Assembly: GCA_945865755.1 (NCBI GenBank) | Contig: CAMBFS010000003.1 | Coordinates: 1 to 64,000 of the forward strand | Reading direction: 5' to 3' | Origin: Klebsiella pneumoniae | GTDB lineage: Bacteria; Desulfobacterota; Binatia; Bin18 | DNA: 64,000 bases | Shown here: in pieces, positions 1-8,921 of the stretch | How the letters are laid out: the number at the start of each line of letters is the position of its first letter | How positions within the stretch are numbered: position 1 is the stretch's first letter | Made by a program: the position numbers and the translations under genes | Notes under the pieces: generated by a model | Told to the model about the DNA's origin: nothing | The model's database searches: none | The model's input: the letters and a program-made list of their open reading frames with translations, nothing else

Positions 1-148
1 AAAAATTACCCCAAAAGACGTAAGGTCCGTGATCGAGAGTCTGTTACCCTGCGCATCCGTCGGAACAGGTTTCATAGCGACTGGAACTATGAGGTCTGGC
101 CTCGTCCGGCCACCCAAATGTGGTAGTTTATTGTTTTATGACTCCTTA
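1..148 (+). mobile_element. 3' end of an ISAzo13-family IS (transposase C-terminus plus probable right end)
   Basis: Frame 1 reads KNYPKRRKVRDRESVTLRIRRNRFHSDWNYEVWPRP..stop at 126, resembling the ISAzo13 transposase tail (YP.G.KV......L.I....FHG.WNY.I.P). It is followed by TTTATTGTTTTATGACTCCTTA, which looks like an end of this family. Confidence 0.75.
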
Positions 149-319
149 GAAGGGGCTATCGATTTCAAAGGCAAGGTCTGTACGCCATAGGCTCAACTTG
201 CCCTCTGCTCTGACAACCACAAGCATAAAGTTTGGTGCGGGGGCAGAATCTATCAGACTCCGATTTCCTGGAGTGTCGTTGGAGAACATGAAAAAGCATC
301 AACCCTAAAGGAGCGCAAC

Positions 320-1096
320 GTGAAAGAGAATATGAAGAGTTGGCAGAGTGCGACAGTGCTGGTTGGAATGATTGTGGGAATGCTCGTCGTGTCCACGCCA
401 CGAGCGTGGGCGCACGTCATCCCCCCAGACGCCCATTCGTTTGGCAAGTCGTATGGAGAATGGACTGCGGAATGGTGGAAATGGCACCTCAGTTTATCTG
501 CGTCCAACCATCCTGCTTTTAGTGTGGATGGCGCGAACTGTGGCGCTGGGCAATCAGGCAAGGTATGGTTTCTTAACGGCACCTTTACCACCGAGGTGCC
601 GGAAAATGCCTTTGCGACAATCGTACGCGAGTCGTGTACCATTCCAACCGGGAAAGCACTTTTCTTCCCGATTTTGAACGTCGATTGTTCGACCTTAGAA
701 GGAGATCCTTTCCATTTAGTGGAAGACGGACCAGATGCGAATGTCGATACATGTGCGGCAAGTTTCTTTGACGGTCCCATTGCGGTGGCTCACGACCTGA
801 CTATGACAATCGATGGCCAATCGCTGATAAACCCAGAGGCGTACCGTTTTCAGTCACCGGTGTTCGACTTTGCATTTTCCAATCCTGCCGACAACATTCT
901 TGGGGTAGATTGTAATATAGCAGACTGTGATAACGCTCGGGCAGTTTCCGATGGCTATTGGGTCATGGTTCCGCCTCTCTCGGCTGGCACTCACACGATC
1001 CGGTTTACGGGAAGTTTCAGGGACCCACAAACGAATGATCTGATTTTTGGGTTGGACGTGACGTATGAGTTGGCAGTAGTCGGTGGCCGCAAATAA
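320..1096 (+). CDS. Secreted hypothetical protein (Cys/Trp-containing, signal peptide)
   Basis: 258-aa ORF with an AAGGAG RBS before a GTG start and a signal peptide ending AWA-H. Conserved-looking motifs: GKSYGEWTAEWWKW, VWFLNGT, SDGYWVM. Confidence 0.8.
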   Translation: MKENMKSWQSATVLVGMIVGMLVVSTPRAWAHVIPPDAHSFGKSYGEWTAEWWKWHLSLSASNHPAFSVDGANCGAGQSGKVWFLNGTFTTEVPENAFATIVRESCTIPTGKALFFPILNVDCSTLEGDPFHLVEDGPDANVDTCAASFFDGPIAVAHDLTMTIDGQSLINPEAYRFQSPVFDFAFSNPADNILGVDCNIADCDNARAVSDGYWVMVPPLSAGTHTIRFTGSFRDPQTNDLIFGLDVTYELAVVGGRK

Positions 1097-1157
1097 CCAG
1101 ACTCATAATCTTGTTCAGACTCTTGTTCCACATTACTCACCGAAGGAGGAGTTACCA

Positions 1158-2816
1158 ATGAGGAGACATCACAAGTTATTCGGCTTAGTGCTCTGCGGCT
1201 TGATAAACGTAGCCAGCACTATTCATGCGGATGCTGGAGCAGAGCGCGGACAAGGCAAGGTTCCGAACCCTGCAATCGTCACCGACAGTGGACCCTTGAA
1301 AGGGCTCACCTCCACAACCATCAACAAATTTCTTGGTATTCCGTATGCTGTGCCACCAGTGGGGGATCTACGTTGGACGCCACCACAACCCTATGGCCGT
1401 TGGCACGGGCTTTTTGATGCGACCAAATTGAGGAGTGAGTGTCCACAGCTTAGTGACACAGGCGATTACTTGGGCAATGAAGATTGCCTGTTCTTGAATG
1501 TGTATACACCGGGCCTGAAGAAGAATCAGCACAAGCATGATGGGCTGCCGGTCATGGTGTGGATTCATGGGGGTTCACTGACCGGAGGCGCTGGTGGACG
1601 GTACGACCCCACGCCGTTGGTGGAAAAAGGCAACGTGATTGTCGTGACGATCAACTATCGGCTCGGCTTATTGGGTTTCTTCGCCCATCCAGCGATCGAT
1701 GCCGAAGGTCATCTTAATGGCAACTATGGCTTCATGGACCAGCAATTCGCGTTGCAGTGGGTGCAGCGAAACATTAAGGCCTTTGGTGGTGACCCTAAGC
1801 ACGTGACGATTTTCGGTGAATCCGCTGGTGGGCTGAGCGTCTATTCCCAGCTTGCATCACCAACCGCGGCCGGATTGTTCCACGGCGCGATTGCCCAGAG
1901 TGGCGCGTATGCCAGTTTTCAGCCCTACCTGCAGCGGATCGTGCCGATAGCACAAGCTGAAGTCCAAGGCTCCGATCTTATCCCCGGAGGTACGACTTTT
2001 GCCTCCTTGGTGGGATGCAGCGACGGCACCGCGCAATGCCTGCGCCATACGTCGGCTGTGGCACTGGCCTCTATTCCACTCCCATTCGGCGTCTATCCGT
2101 TTGTAGACGGAACCGTGTTGCCCTTGCCCCCAGGTGCGGCTTTTTTCAGTGGCCAGTTTAATCGTGTGCCAGTGGTCACCGGCTCAAATCGTGACGAATG
2201 GCGCTTGTATGTGGCGATAGGCTACGACTATGCCGGAAACCCGTTGACCGATGCAGGGTATCCGCAAGCGGTTGCGGACTTCGCTCTACTCCCGGTTACT
2301 GATCCCACCGTGCAACTGCTGGTGAATTTCCTGTATCCATTGAGCAATTATCCCCCACCCCCAGGACTCGTGAGTGGGGCACCGTTTGCACTGGGCGCGT
2401 TAGGAACCGCGGCTTTTTTCGCGTGCCCGGCGCGGAACGCCGCGCTGTTATTGTCACAGCATGTGCCAACATATGCGTATGAGTTCAACGATCCCAATGC
2501 GCCGCTCAGTTTTGGACTGCCTCCCGCGAGCTTTCCCTTGGGTTCGTATCATGCCTCCGAGATTCAATATCTCCTCAATGTGTTTGGCATACCATCGCCT
2601 TTCTCGCCCGACCAACGGCGACTCTCCGACGCGATGATTCGCTACTGGTCGCAGTTCGCGAGAACCGGCAACCCGAATGCCTCCGGCACCCCCGCGTGGT
2701 CACCGTACGGGGCGACGGATCAGTTCCAATCTCTCGTCGCACCGACGCCGACAGTCGAAGGCAGCTTTGATACTGTTCATAAGTGTTCGTTATTCTGGAG
2801 CGCAGCCGTACCGTAA
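1158..2816 (+). CDS. Carboxylesterase type B (para-nitrobenzyl esterase/cholinesterase-like), exported
   Basis: Motifs FLGIPYA.PPVG.LRW, EDCLFLNVY, WIHGG, GESAGG nucleophile elbow and YHASE. AGGAGG RBS precedes ATG 1158. Confidence 0.93.
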   Translation: MRRHHKLFGLVLCGLINVASTIHADAGAERGQGKVPNPAIVTDSGPLKGLTSTTINKFLGIPYAVPPVGDLRWTPPQPYGRWHGLFDATKLRSECPQLSDTGDYLGNEDCLFLNVYTPGLKKNQHKHDGLPVMVWIHGGSLTGGAGGRYDPTPLVEKGNVIVVTINYRLGLLGFFAHPAIDAEGHLNGNYGFMDQQFALQWVQRNIKAFGGDPKHVTIFGESAGGLSVYSQLASPTAAGLFHGAIAQSGAYASFQPYLQRIVPIAQAEVQGSDLIPGGTTFASLVGCSDGTAQCLRHTSAVALASIPLPFGVYPFVDGTVLPLPPGAAFFSGQFNRVPVVTGSNRDEWRLYVAIGYDYAGNPLTDAGYPQAVADFALLPVTDPTVQLLVNFLYPLSNYPPPPGLVSGAPFALGALGTAAFFACPARNAALLLSQHVPTYAYEFNDPNAPLSFGLPPASFPLGSYHASEIQYLLNVFGIPSPFSPDQRRLSDAMIRYWSQFARTGNPNASGTPAWSPYGATDQFQSLVAPTPTVEGSFDTVHKCSLFWSAAVP

Positions 2817-2850
2817 GAACGGAGAACGGAGGGCACGAGCGGTCGTGCCC

Positions 2851-5800
2851 TCACATGCGTAACTCCTCCAACAACGCCTTCGCCTCCCGCAAATCCGCGG
2901 TATCAAATCCCTCGGTGAACCAGTTATAGACCTCGGATAACATCTGGTGAGCCTCCTGCTGCTTGCCTTGTTGTTGCCACAAGCGAGCTAAACTCATCGT
3001 CGCACGGAGTTCCCAGGACTTGGCGCTTTGCTGGCGAGCAATGGCGATGGCTTTGTGGAAACACTCCTCTGCCTCCGCCTGGGTGTTGGGTGCTAGGGGC
3101 TGGGGGCTGGGGTTTTCTAATTTTCGACTTTTGCTTTCCTGCGCTAGCAGGAGCTCGCCTTTGAGTTGATACAACTCCGCATCAAGCCAGCAGTTGCCGG
3201 TTTCGCGTGACAGGGTAAGCGCTTCTTCGGCGAGATCCAACGCTTCGTCAATGCGTCCGGCTTTCTCGTGAATTTCGATGGATAATGCCAACGAATACGC
3301 GAGCGATTGTTCGGCTCCTGAGGCACGAACCATCGCTACGTCCCGACATATTTGCGTAACGCCCTGCTCTGCATACCCAGTCTTGGCCAATCTCCACGCG
3401 CGAAAATGATTAGCAAGGGTGATGAGAAAGGCAAATCCTTGCTCTGTGGCCAATCCCTGAAACTCTTCTGCTGTTTCGCGGAGCGCCAGCTCATCGCCCC
3501 GCCATCGATGAGCCATGGTCGCGCCAAGGAGAGCGAATCCGAGGGTGAAAAGGTGCCCCTGCTGACGGGCAAGCGCCACTGCCGCTTGTGCTTTTTTCCA
3601 TGCTTGTTCTGGGTAGCCAGCGATCCATAGGGCTGCGGATAAAAGGGTGAGACACAATCCCCCGGGATCTTGCCCGTACAGAAAAGCGTGGTGCCGGTGT
3701 TGCCGTGGATCGTAGAGAGTCAACGCCTGGTCAAAAGAATGTCGACTGCCCAAGAGTTCTCCCTGAAAAAGTAGGATTTGGCCCAGAAATTTGTAGGCTT
3801 CCAGTAGAAGAACCGGGTTCTGCGTCTGTTGTGCCAGAGGGAGACTTCGTTCAATCAGGGTACGTGCAGTGCCGAGCTTTGCGCGTACCACATAGAATAT
3901 GGCCAAGCCATGTAACACCGGGAACAGATGGGGAGTGTTGCCGAGTTGTTCGCAAAGCGTATGCGCGCGTGAATAGGCCCGCTCCATCTCCACGGCGGCG
4001 AACCCCTTGACGTTCATGAACGCAGCCCCCAACGGCATCAATAAGCTTAACTCGAGGTGAATACGTTCCGGGCTGTCCGGGAGCTGCGTGAGGAGGTCCA
4101 GTGCGGTGGTGAGATGTCCAATTGCTTCTTGAGCCGCACTCCGTCCCAACGCGGTACGCCCCGCTTGGCCGTGATACTGCACGGCACGGGGATAGTCGCG
4201 GGCTTGCTCAAAGTGCACCGCTAAGGCTGCCGCAATCTCTTCTGCTCGGTCCCCGTACCCTTGCTCTAACCGCGCGCCAATCTGTTGATGGACCTGTAGT
4301 CGCTGACTCGGCGTCACCCGTTCATACAGCACGTCGTGATACAACGCATGGCGAAAACTGTAGCGGGCACTGGTCGTGCCATCGGGCCACTGGGTTGTGC
4401 CGGTGGCGCGCACAAAGTGCTCGCGGCGGGCGAGGTTGGCACAGTGCTCTTCGACCGTGGTGACGGAGAGCGCAAGACTGGGCGCAATGGTTGCTGCCGC
4501 GAACTCCATCCCCACCGCACTGGCCGTGACGAGTAGCTGGTGCTCGTCGGTACTGAGCTGATCAATCTGCCGCTCAATCATTTGCCGAATCGTCGCGGGG
4601 ACACTGAGCGACGCGTGGCTCCCCTCCTCACTCGTCGTGGCGTGACGCAGCAGGAGATCCTCGACGACGTTGACCATGAACAAAGGGTTGCCACTGGTGC
4701 GGTGGTGAATCGTGCGGGCGAGCGGTTGTAGGGGCATGGCCCGGATCGCCAGATACTCCTCTACCGTAGCCTCGGTCAGGAGCGGCACTGGCAGTTCGAC
4801 ACTGTGGCGATGAAGGGCCAAGTCCTGGGTTAATGTCCGCAGGGGATGGCCATTGCCGAGCACTTCCATGGGCCGATAGGTGCCGAGCACCAAGAGCCGC
4901 GCGGGGTGTCGCCGCCGCGCCAGGAACGAGAGGGCATCCAGGGTCGAGGGATCACTCCAGTGCAAGTCTTCCAGCGTCAGGACCAGGACGGTGTCCCGCG
5001 TCAGGGCTTCGAGGCCCTCGGCCAACTCCCGGAGCATCCGCTCGCGGGTGGCCCCAAAGGTGTGGACCTGCAACGCCGCCCGATCCGCCGGAGTGGCTAA
5101 CGCGGACAACTGCATCAACCACGTCGGCGCGTACTGCCGCAACGTCGTCACCAGGCGGTCTTGCGCTGGGCCACGGCCGAGTTCCCCCAACGCCGCGAGC
5201 AGCGGCAGATAGGGTTCGCCAGGGCCGAACTGCTCGATGCACTGGCCCTGGGCAAGCCAGGGGTTGGGGGTCAGGGGTCGGGGATCGGGGGTTGGAGACA
5301 GTTCGGAGTTCGGGGTTCGGAGTTGAGGACCTGGAATCTTGGACTTTGGATTCGTGTTGACTCCGAACGGTTCATGACTCTGTACTCCGAACACAAAGGC
5401 ATCGAGGAGCGCGGTCTTGCCAATCCCCGGCTCGCCGGTGACGAAAACAATCTGGCGTTCACCGCTCCGGGCTTTCTCGAGGAGTTGGTGGAGGTGCGAG
5501 AGTTCGGCGGCTCGTCCGACCAGGGGAGGTGCTGGGTGTTGGGGGCTAGGGGCTGGTTCGAATGTTGGACCTTGGACCTTCGACCTTGGACCTTGGACTG
5601 GGCCGATAAACCGAAACCCGCGTCGATGCACCGTCTCGAGGTACTGCGGCGCACGGGCACTGTCACCGAACACACGACGCAGTTCGCGGATACACACGGT
5701 CAGGGCCGCTTCGCTCACAATCGTGCTCGGCCACACGCTCCGCAGGAGTTCCTCTTTGGTCACCACTTGCCCTGGGCGGGCAAGCAAGTACCGCAGCACG

Positions 5801-5904
5801 GCAAAGGCTTTGGGCGTGACCCGCAGCTCGTGGGCGTCGTTGTGGATGGTGTGATTGTCCCAATCCACGCGGAAGGGGCCAAAGTCGACTGTTTCTGAAG
5901 CCAT
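2851..5904 (-). CDS. STAND-type regulator 1: OmpR/CadC-like wHTH + AAA ATPase + TPR
   Basis: N-terminal wHTH (VTKEELL..VW..TIVSEAALTVCIRELR..ETVHRRGFRF), Walker A GEPGIGKT, Walker B LEDLHWSD, and C-terminal AKSWELRATMSLARLW..WFTEGFDT. Confidence 0.92.
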   Translation of the reverse strand: MASETVDFGPFRVDWDNHTIHNDAHELRVTPKAFAVLRYLLARPGQVVTKEELLRSVWPSTIVSEAALTVCIRELRRVFGDSARAPQYLETVHRRGFRFIGPVQGPRSKVQGPTFEPAPSPQHPAPPLVGRAAELSHLHQLLEKARSGERQIVFVTGEPGIGKTALLDAFVFGVQSHEPFGVNTNPKSKIPGPQLRTPNSELSPTPDPRPLTPNPWLAQGQCIEQFGPGEPYLPLLAALGELGRGPAQDRLVTTLRQYAPTWLMQLSALATPADRAALQVHTFGATRERMLRELAEGLEALTRDTVLVLTLEDLHWSDPSTLDALSFLARRRHPARLLVLGTYRPMEVLGNGHPLRTLTQDLALHRHSVELPVPLLTEATVEEYLAIRAMPLQPLARTIHHRTSGNPLFMVNVVEDLLLRHATTSEEGSHASLSVPATIRQMIERQIDQLSTDEHQLLVTASAVGMEFAAATIAPSLALSVTTVEEHCANLARREHFVRATGTTQWPDGTTSARYSFRHALYHDVLYERVTPSQRLQVHQQIGARLEQGYGDRAEEIAAALAVHFEQARDYPRAVQYHGQAGRTALGRSAAQEAIGHLTTALDLLTQLPDSPERIHLELSLLMPLGAAFMNVKGFAAVEMERAYSRAHTLCEQLGNTPHLFPVLHGLAIFYVVRAKLGTARTLIERSLPLAQQTQNPVLLLEAYKFLGQILLFQGELLGSRHSFDQALTLYDPRQHRHHAFLYGQDPGGLCLTLLSAALWIAGYPEQAWKKAQAAVALARQQGHLFTLGFALLGATMAHRWRGDELALRETAEEFQGLATEQGFAFLITLANHFRAWRLAKTGYAEQGVTQICRDVAMVRASGAEQSLAYSLALSIEIHEKAGRIDEALDLAEEALTLSRETGNCWLDAELYQLKGELLLAQESKSRKLENPSPQPLAPNTQAEAEECFHKAIAIARQQSAKSWELRATMSLARLWQQQGKQQEAHQMLSEVYNWFTEGFDTADLREAKALLEELRM

Positions 5905-5915
5905 CACTGTGCTCC

Positions 5916-5959
5916 CTTAGAAAAATCTTAGAACTTCCTTAGAACTCTCTCAGGACTTC
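5916..5959. promoter_or_regulatory. Four heptamer direct repeats with 11-bp period; putative wHTH operator
   Basis: CTTAGAA at 5916, 5927 and 5938 and CTCAGGA at 5949, each separated by 4 nt. The array lies directly upstream of regulator 1. Confidence 0.6.
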
Positions 5960-6282
5960 GACTGAGACTCGTGCTTATCTCACAGCATATTCTTGTCGGC
6001 AAGGGAGAAAGGGGGAGGTATGCAAGTGGGCCGAGATTGAATTCTTCGCGAATCGCGATGGGCAGTCAGAAGATGAGTTGGTGGTCGCCGCCTTCAGAGG
6101 AGGTGATGTCCTATGAAATAGCTGGAGCGAAAAGGCGAACGGCGCGAGGGGAATGAAACCAAGATCAACGGTCAGTTCACTAAGGTGTTCCTAGTGTGAT
6201 CAGCGTAGGGAAGGATAAGGATCACGCTTAGTTCTGAACGAAGACAAAATTTTTGCACTCATATTTATGAGAGGAGGACAAT

Positions 6283-7740
6283 ATGAAGCAATTGATGAGG
6301 AGTGTGGTACTCACGATCGGTTGTGGAACTGTGTTGTTGATAGGTGCCGACGGGTGGGCGGCGGAGGCTCTGTCTCCTGTGGTCTCATCGGCCACCCCAC
6401 CAGAGCCCATAGGCGACGTCCGCCAAGACATCGCCTGGGTGCAGGCGGTGGCGAATCACCCGACAGTGCCGGGCGATAAGACGTATTCCTTGCGCGATGC
6501 GACTACAGGCTTGGGGTGGGCCTTTCCTCCCCGTGTCGTGCAAGGGTTTCTGGAACAAGAAGTCGACCACCTCTTTGTTGCTCCACCAACGCGGTATGAG
6601 GCCACTCCAGCGTACCGAGCCGCGACAGAAACCAATAGTGGCCGCGCGCGCGTGCGGGTAGACAGTGAGCCATACGGCCAACTGGTGGAGGAGGTGGAGG
6701 GCAAATTGGTTCCTTACAAGCCAGAAGGGCTGCCGTTTCCAGACATTTCACCCACGGATCCCCAAGCCGCGCGGAAGATTATCCATAATTTCGTCCATGC
6801 CGATCGCGGTGGTGGACGGGCCGCGCTCGAGTTCTATGTCTATGTGCTAGGGGAGGGAAGCGGCGTCCTGGCGCAAGAGCAGACTGTCCCCAGCGGGTTT
6901 ACGCCAATCTGGACCGACCAGGCTCACGGGACGGTTGTGCGACGGCTCGGCATGGACATGGTGTACGCGCAGCTGGAGCGGGAAAAGAACGCGGCCGAGC
7001 TGTGGAAGTTTCGCTTTGACTTCTTCGATCCACCCGACATGAAAGACAATAAAATGGTGGCGATTCGGTTCGTCAATCCCGTGGAGCGGGAACGGGGGGT
7101 CATGTATATGCGAGAAACGCGCAAGGCAACGGCAGCGGCGATGCCCAAGAAGCATGAGTTGTTCGCAGGCACCCACTATCCGCTCGATGCGTTCTACGGC
7201 TGGGAGGGCCACGAATACTACTGGCGCTTTCAGCTCGTCGGTGAGGTGCTCGTGCCCACGGTCGCGGACAGCAAGCTGCTCCATCCGCGCTTTACCGGGC
7301 GGTGGGGGAGCATTCCCGACAACACGGACAACTGGGAACTGCGGCGGTCATTTGTCGTGCTCGCCCAATCGCGTGAGCCGGAGAACAGATGGCCCTATCG
7401 GCTGCTGTTTTTTGATGCGGAGATGCAGCTTGTGAACATGACCATGCTCTACGATAAGGACGGACAATTTTACGGGGTTCACCAACCGATTCATTTTCAG
7501 GACTCGGCGACAGGATTACCTTTGTTTGCTGGCATGACGTTGCGGCTGCGGAACAAACCGGAATCCACCGTAGTCGTCTGGCATCGCGAGCGGATGATGG
7601 TGACCGAGAATACGCCCGCCAAGCTGCATTTGTTTAGCACTGCCAGTTTGCTGGCCGGAGAAACTATTCGTGGGTATCTCGGGAGTGCTGGCTATCTCAC
7701 ACGTAACGCAACTGAGACAGCAACGATGTCGATAAAGTGA
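6283..7740 (+). CDS. DUF1329-family exported protein
   Basis: Signal peptide; motifs GLPFPDI.P.DPQAA.KI.HNF and WELR..FVV. GGAGG RBS. Confidence 0.75.
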   Translation: MKQLMRSVVLTIGCGTVLLIGADGWAAEALSPVVSSATPPEPIGDVRQDIAWVQAVANHPTVPGDKTYSLRDATTGLGWAFPPRVVQGFLEQEVDHLFVAPPTRYEATPAYRAATETNSGRARVRVDSEPYGQLVEEVEGKLVPYKPEGLPFPDISPTDPQAARKIIHNFVHADRGGGRAALEFYVYVLGEGSGVLAQEQTVPSGFTPIWTDQAHGTVVRRLGMDMVYAQLEREKNAAELWKFRFDFFDPPDMKDNKMVAIRFVNPVERERGVMYMRETRKATAAAMPKKHELFAGTHYPLDAFYGWEGHEYYWRFQLVGEVLVPTVADSKLLHPRFTGRWGSIPDNTDNWELRRSFVVLAQSREPENRWPYRLLFFDAEMQLVNMTMLYDKDGQFYGVHQPIHFQDSATGLPLFAGMTLRLRNKPESTVVVWHRERMMVTENTPAKLHLFSTASLLAGETIRGYLGSAGYLTRNATETATMSIK

Positions 7741-7741
7741 G

Positions 7742-8087
7742 GAGGACTCTATTGATCTCGGTGGCAATGCCGTCGGCATAGACACCAGTATTGCCACCGA
7801 CAGCAGTGGCCATGCCTACATTACCGGACTGACCCTATCGAGCAATTTTCCGCTCGTGGAAGTGCGCGACGGACTGGACAACGACTGCGATGGCCAGACC
7901 GACGAAGGGGGGCAGACCATTTTCTATCACGATGGCGATGGTGACGGGCATGGGGACTCCGCCAACTCAACCCAAGCGTGCCGTGCTCCGAATCAACACC
8001 AAGCCGCTGACGGTAGGTCACACGTATGTCTATCGGATCAGTCTGGACGATGGGTCGTTCAGTAACTTCCAGTTTGGCTTGAAGTAG
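7742..8087 (+). pseudogene. Collapsed relic of a multidomain surface protein (beta-propeller SBBP-like repeat + MopE-like metal-binding repeat + PxKF-like C-terminus)
   Basis: In-frame LGGNAVGIDTSIATDSSGHAYITGLTLSSNFP joined to EVRDGLDNDCDGQTDEG..YHDGDGDGHGD, then in another frame INTKPL..YVYRISLDDGS..FQFGLK*. No convincing start for the relic. Confidence 0.6.
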
Positions 8088-8092
8088 CAGAA

Positions 8093-8128
8093 AGAGAGTC
8101 GGGTGGGTTATGACCCACCCGACTCTCT
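8093..8128. terminator. Strong hairpin, probable bidirectional terminator
   Basis: AGAGAGTCGGGTGGGT-TATG-ACCCACCCGACTCTCT forms a 16-bp perfect stem between convergent genes. Confidence 0.7.
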
Positions 8129-8160
8129 CTTGAGCCGCGGTAAACCCGGACTACGTCTGG

Positions 8161-8550
8161 TTATGGGGACCAAGGCAGTCTCATCTCGTCTTCCGCATGG
8201 AGTCGCCAAACCGAAAGGCCAACCTGCGAGACTTGCACGACATTCCCCAGGCGTTTCGCTTGAGTATGAAACAGTGGAGAGCGCAGAAAGCGGCGGACAA
8301 AAAGTGCTGCCTCGGTTTTTTTGACGGCAAGATAGACGAGGCAGTAGCGGGTGTGACATAGCCGACGATTGTAAAAATCCGCATCACGAGTGAAAAACGT
8401 GGGTCGTCGTAAGTGGAGGAGAAAGGGTATGATCTCTTCATCCGGCATGCCTCTTCTTCCTATATCATAGCCCACGTGACGAATAGGAATCCGCCAACCT
8501 CGTAAGAGCAGCCGCTGATCGGCGACAATGTTTTCATCCAAGACGTTCAC
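8161..8550 (-). CDS. DUF5615/PIN-like toxin
   Basis: N-terminal VLDENI, DEEII and FFTRDADF PIN-like motifs. Overlaps the upstream DUF433 gene. Confidence 0.7.
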   Translation of the reverse strand: MNVLDENIVADQRLLLRGWRIPIRHVGYDIGRRGMPDEEIIPFLLHLRRPTFFTRDADFYNRRLCHTRYCLVYLAVKKTEAALFVRRFLRSPLFHTQAKRLGNVVQVSQVGLSVWRLHAEDEMRLPWSP

Positions 8551-8813
8551 GCGGCTGTCGATTCGATGACAAACTCATCGGCATGTTTGAGTAATGCGCG
8601 GGCAGCAAGTTGTACCGCCTCGGCGATCGCCTCCTCGGTAATGGCGCCGTCCCATTGCGTAATAATCGTTTCCCAGGCTAATCCTTCCGCTACTTGTTCT
8701 AATACGTCGGCAACAAAGATGCGTGTCCCGCGAAATGTCAGCTTCCCGTGACAGATGCGGGGATCAGCGACAATATAGCGCCCAACTTGATATGTGCTTG
8801 TCCGTTTTTTCAT
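8547..8813 (-). CDS. DUF433 antitoxin
   Basis: IVADPRICHGKLTFRGTRIFVADVLE..ITEEAIAEA signature. Confidence 0.88.
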   Translation of the reverse strand: MKKRTSTYQVGRYIVADPRICHGKLTFRGTRIFVADVLEQVAEGLAWETIITQWDGAITEEAIAEAVQLAARALLKHADEFVIESTAA

Positions 8814-8921
8814 ACGCTTTGCTCCAATACTGAGCAAAAAGCTTACGGCAAAAGTGCGCGGAAAGAAATCTGGTAATCATGGGCAGGTGTCAACCCGTCA
8901 CTCACTCGCTGACTCAATCTC

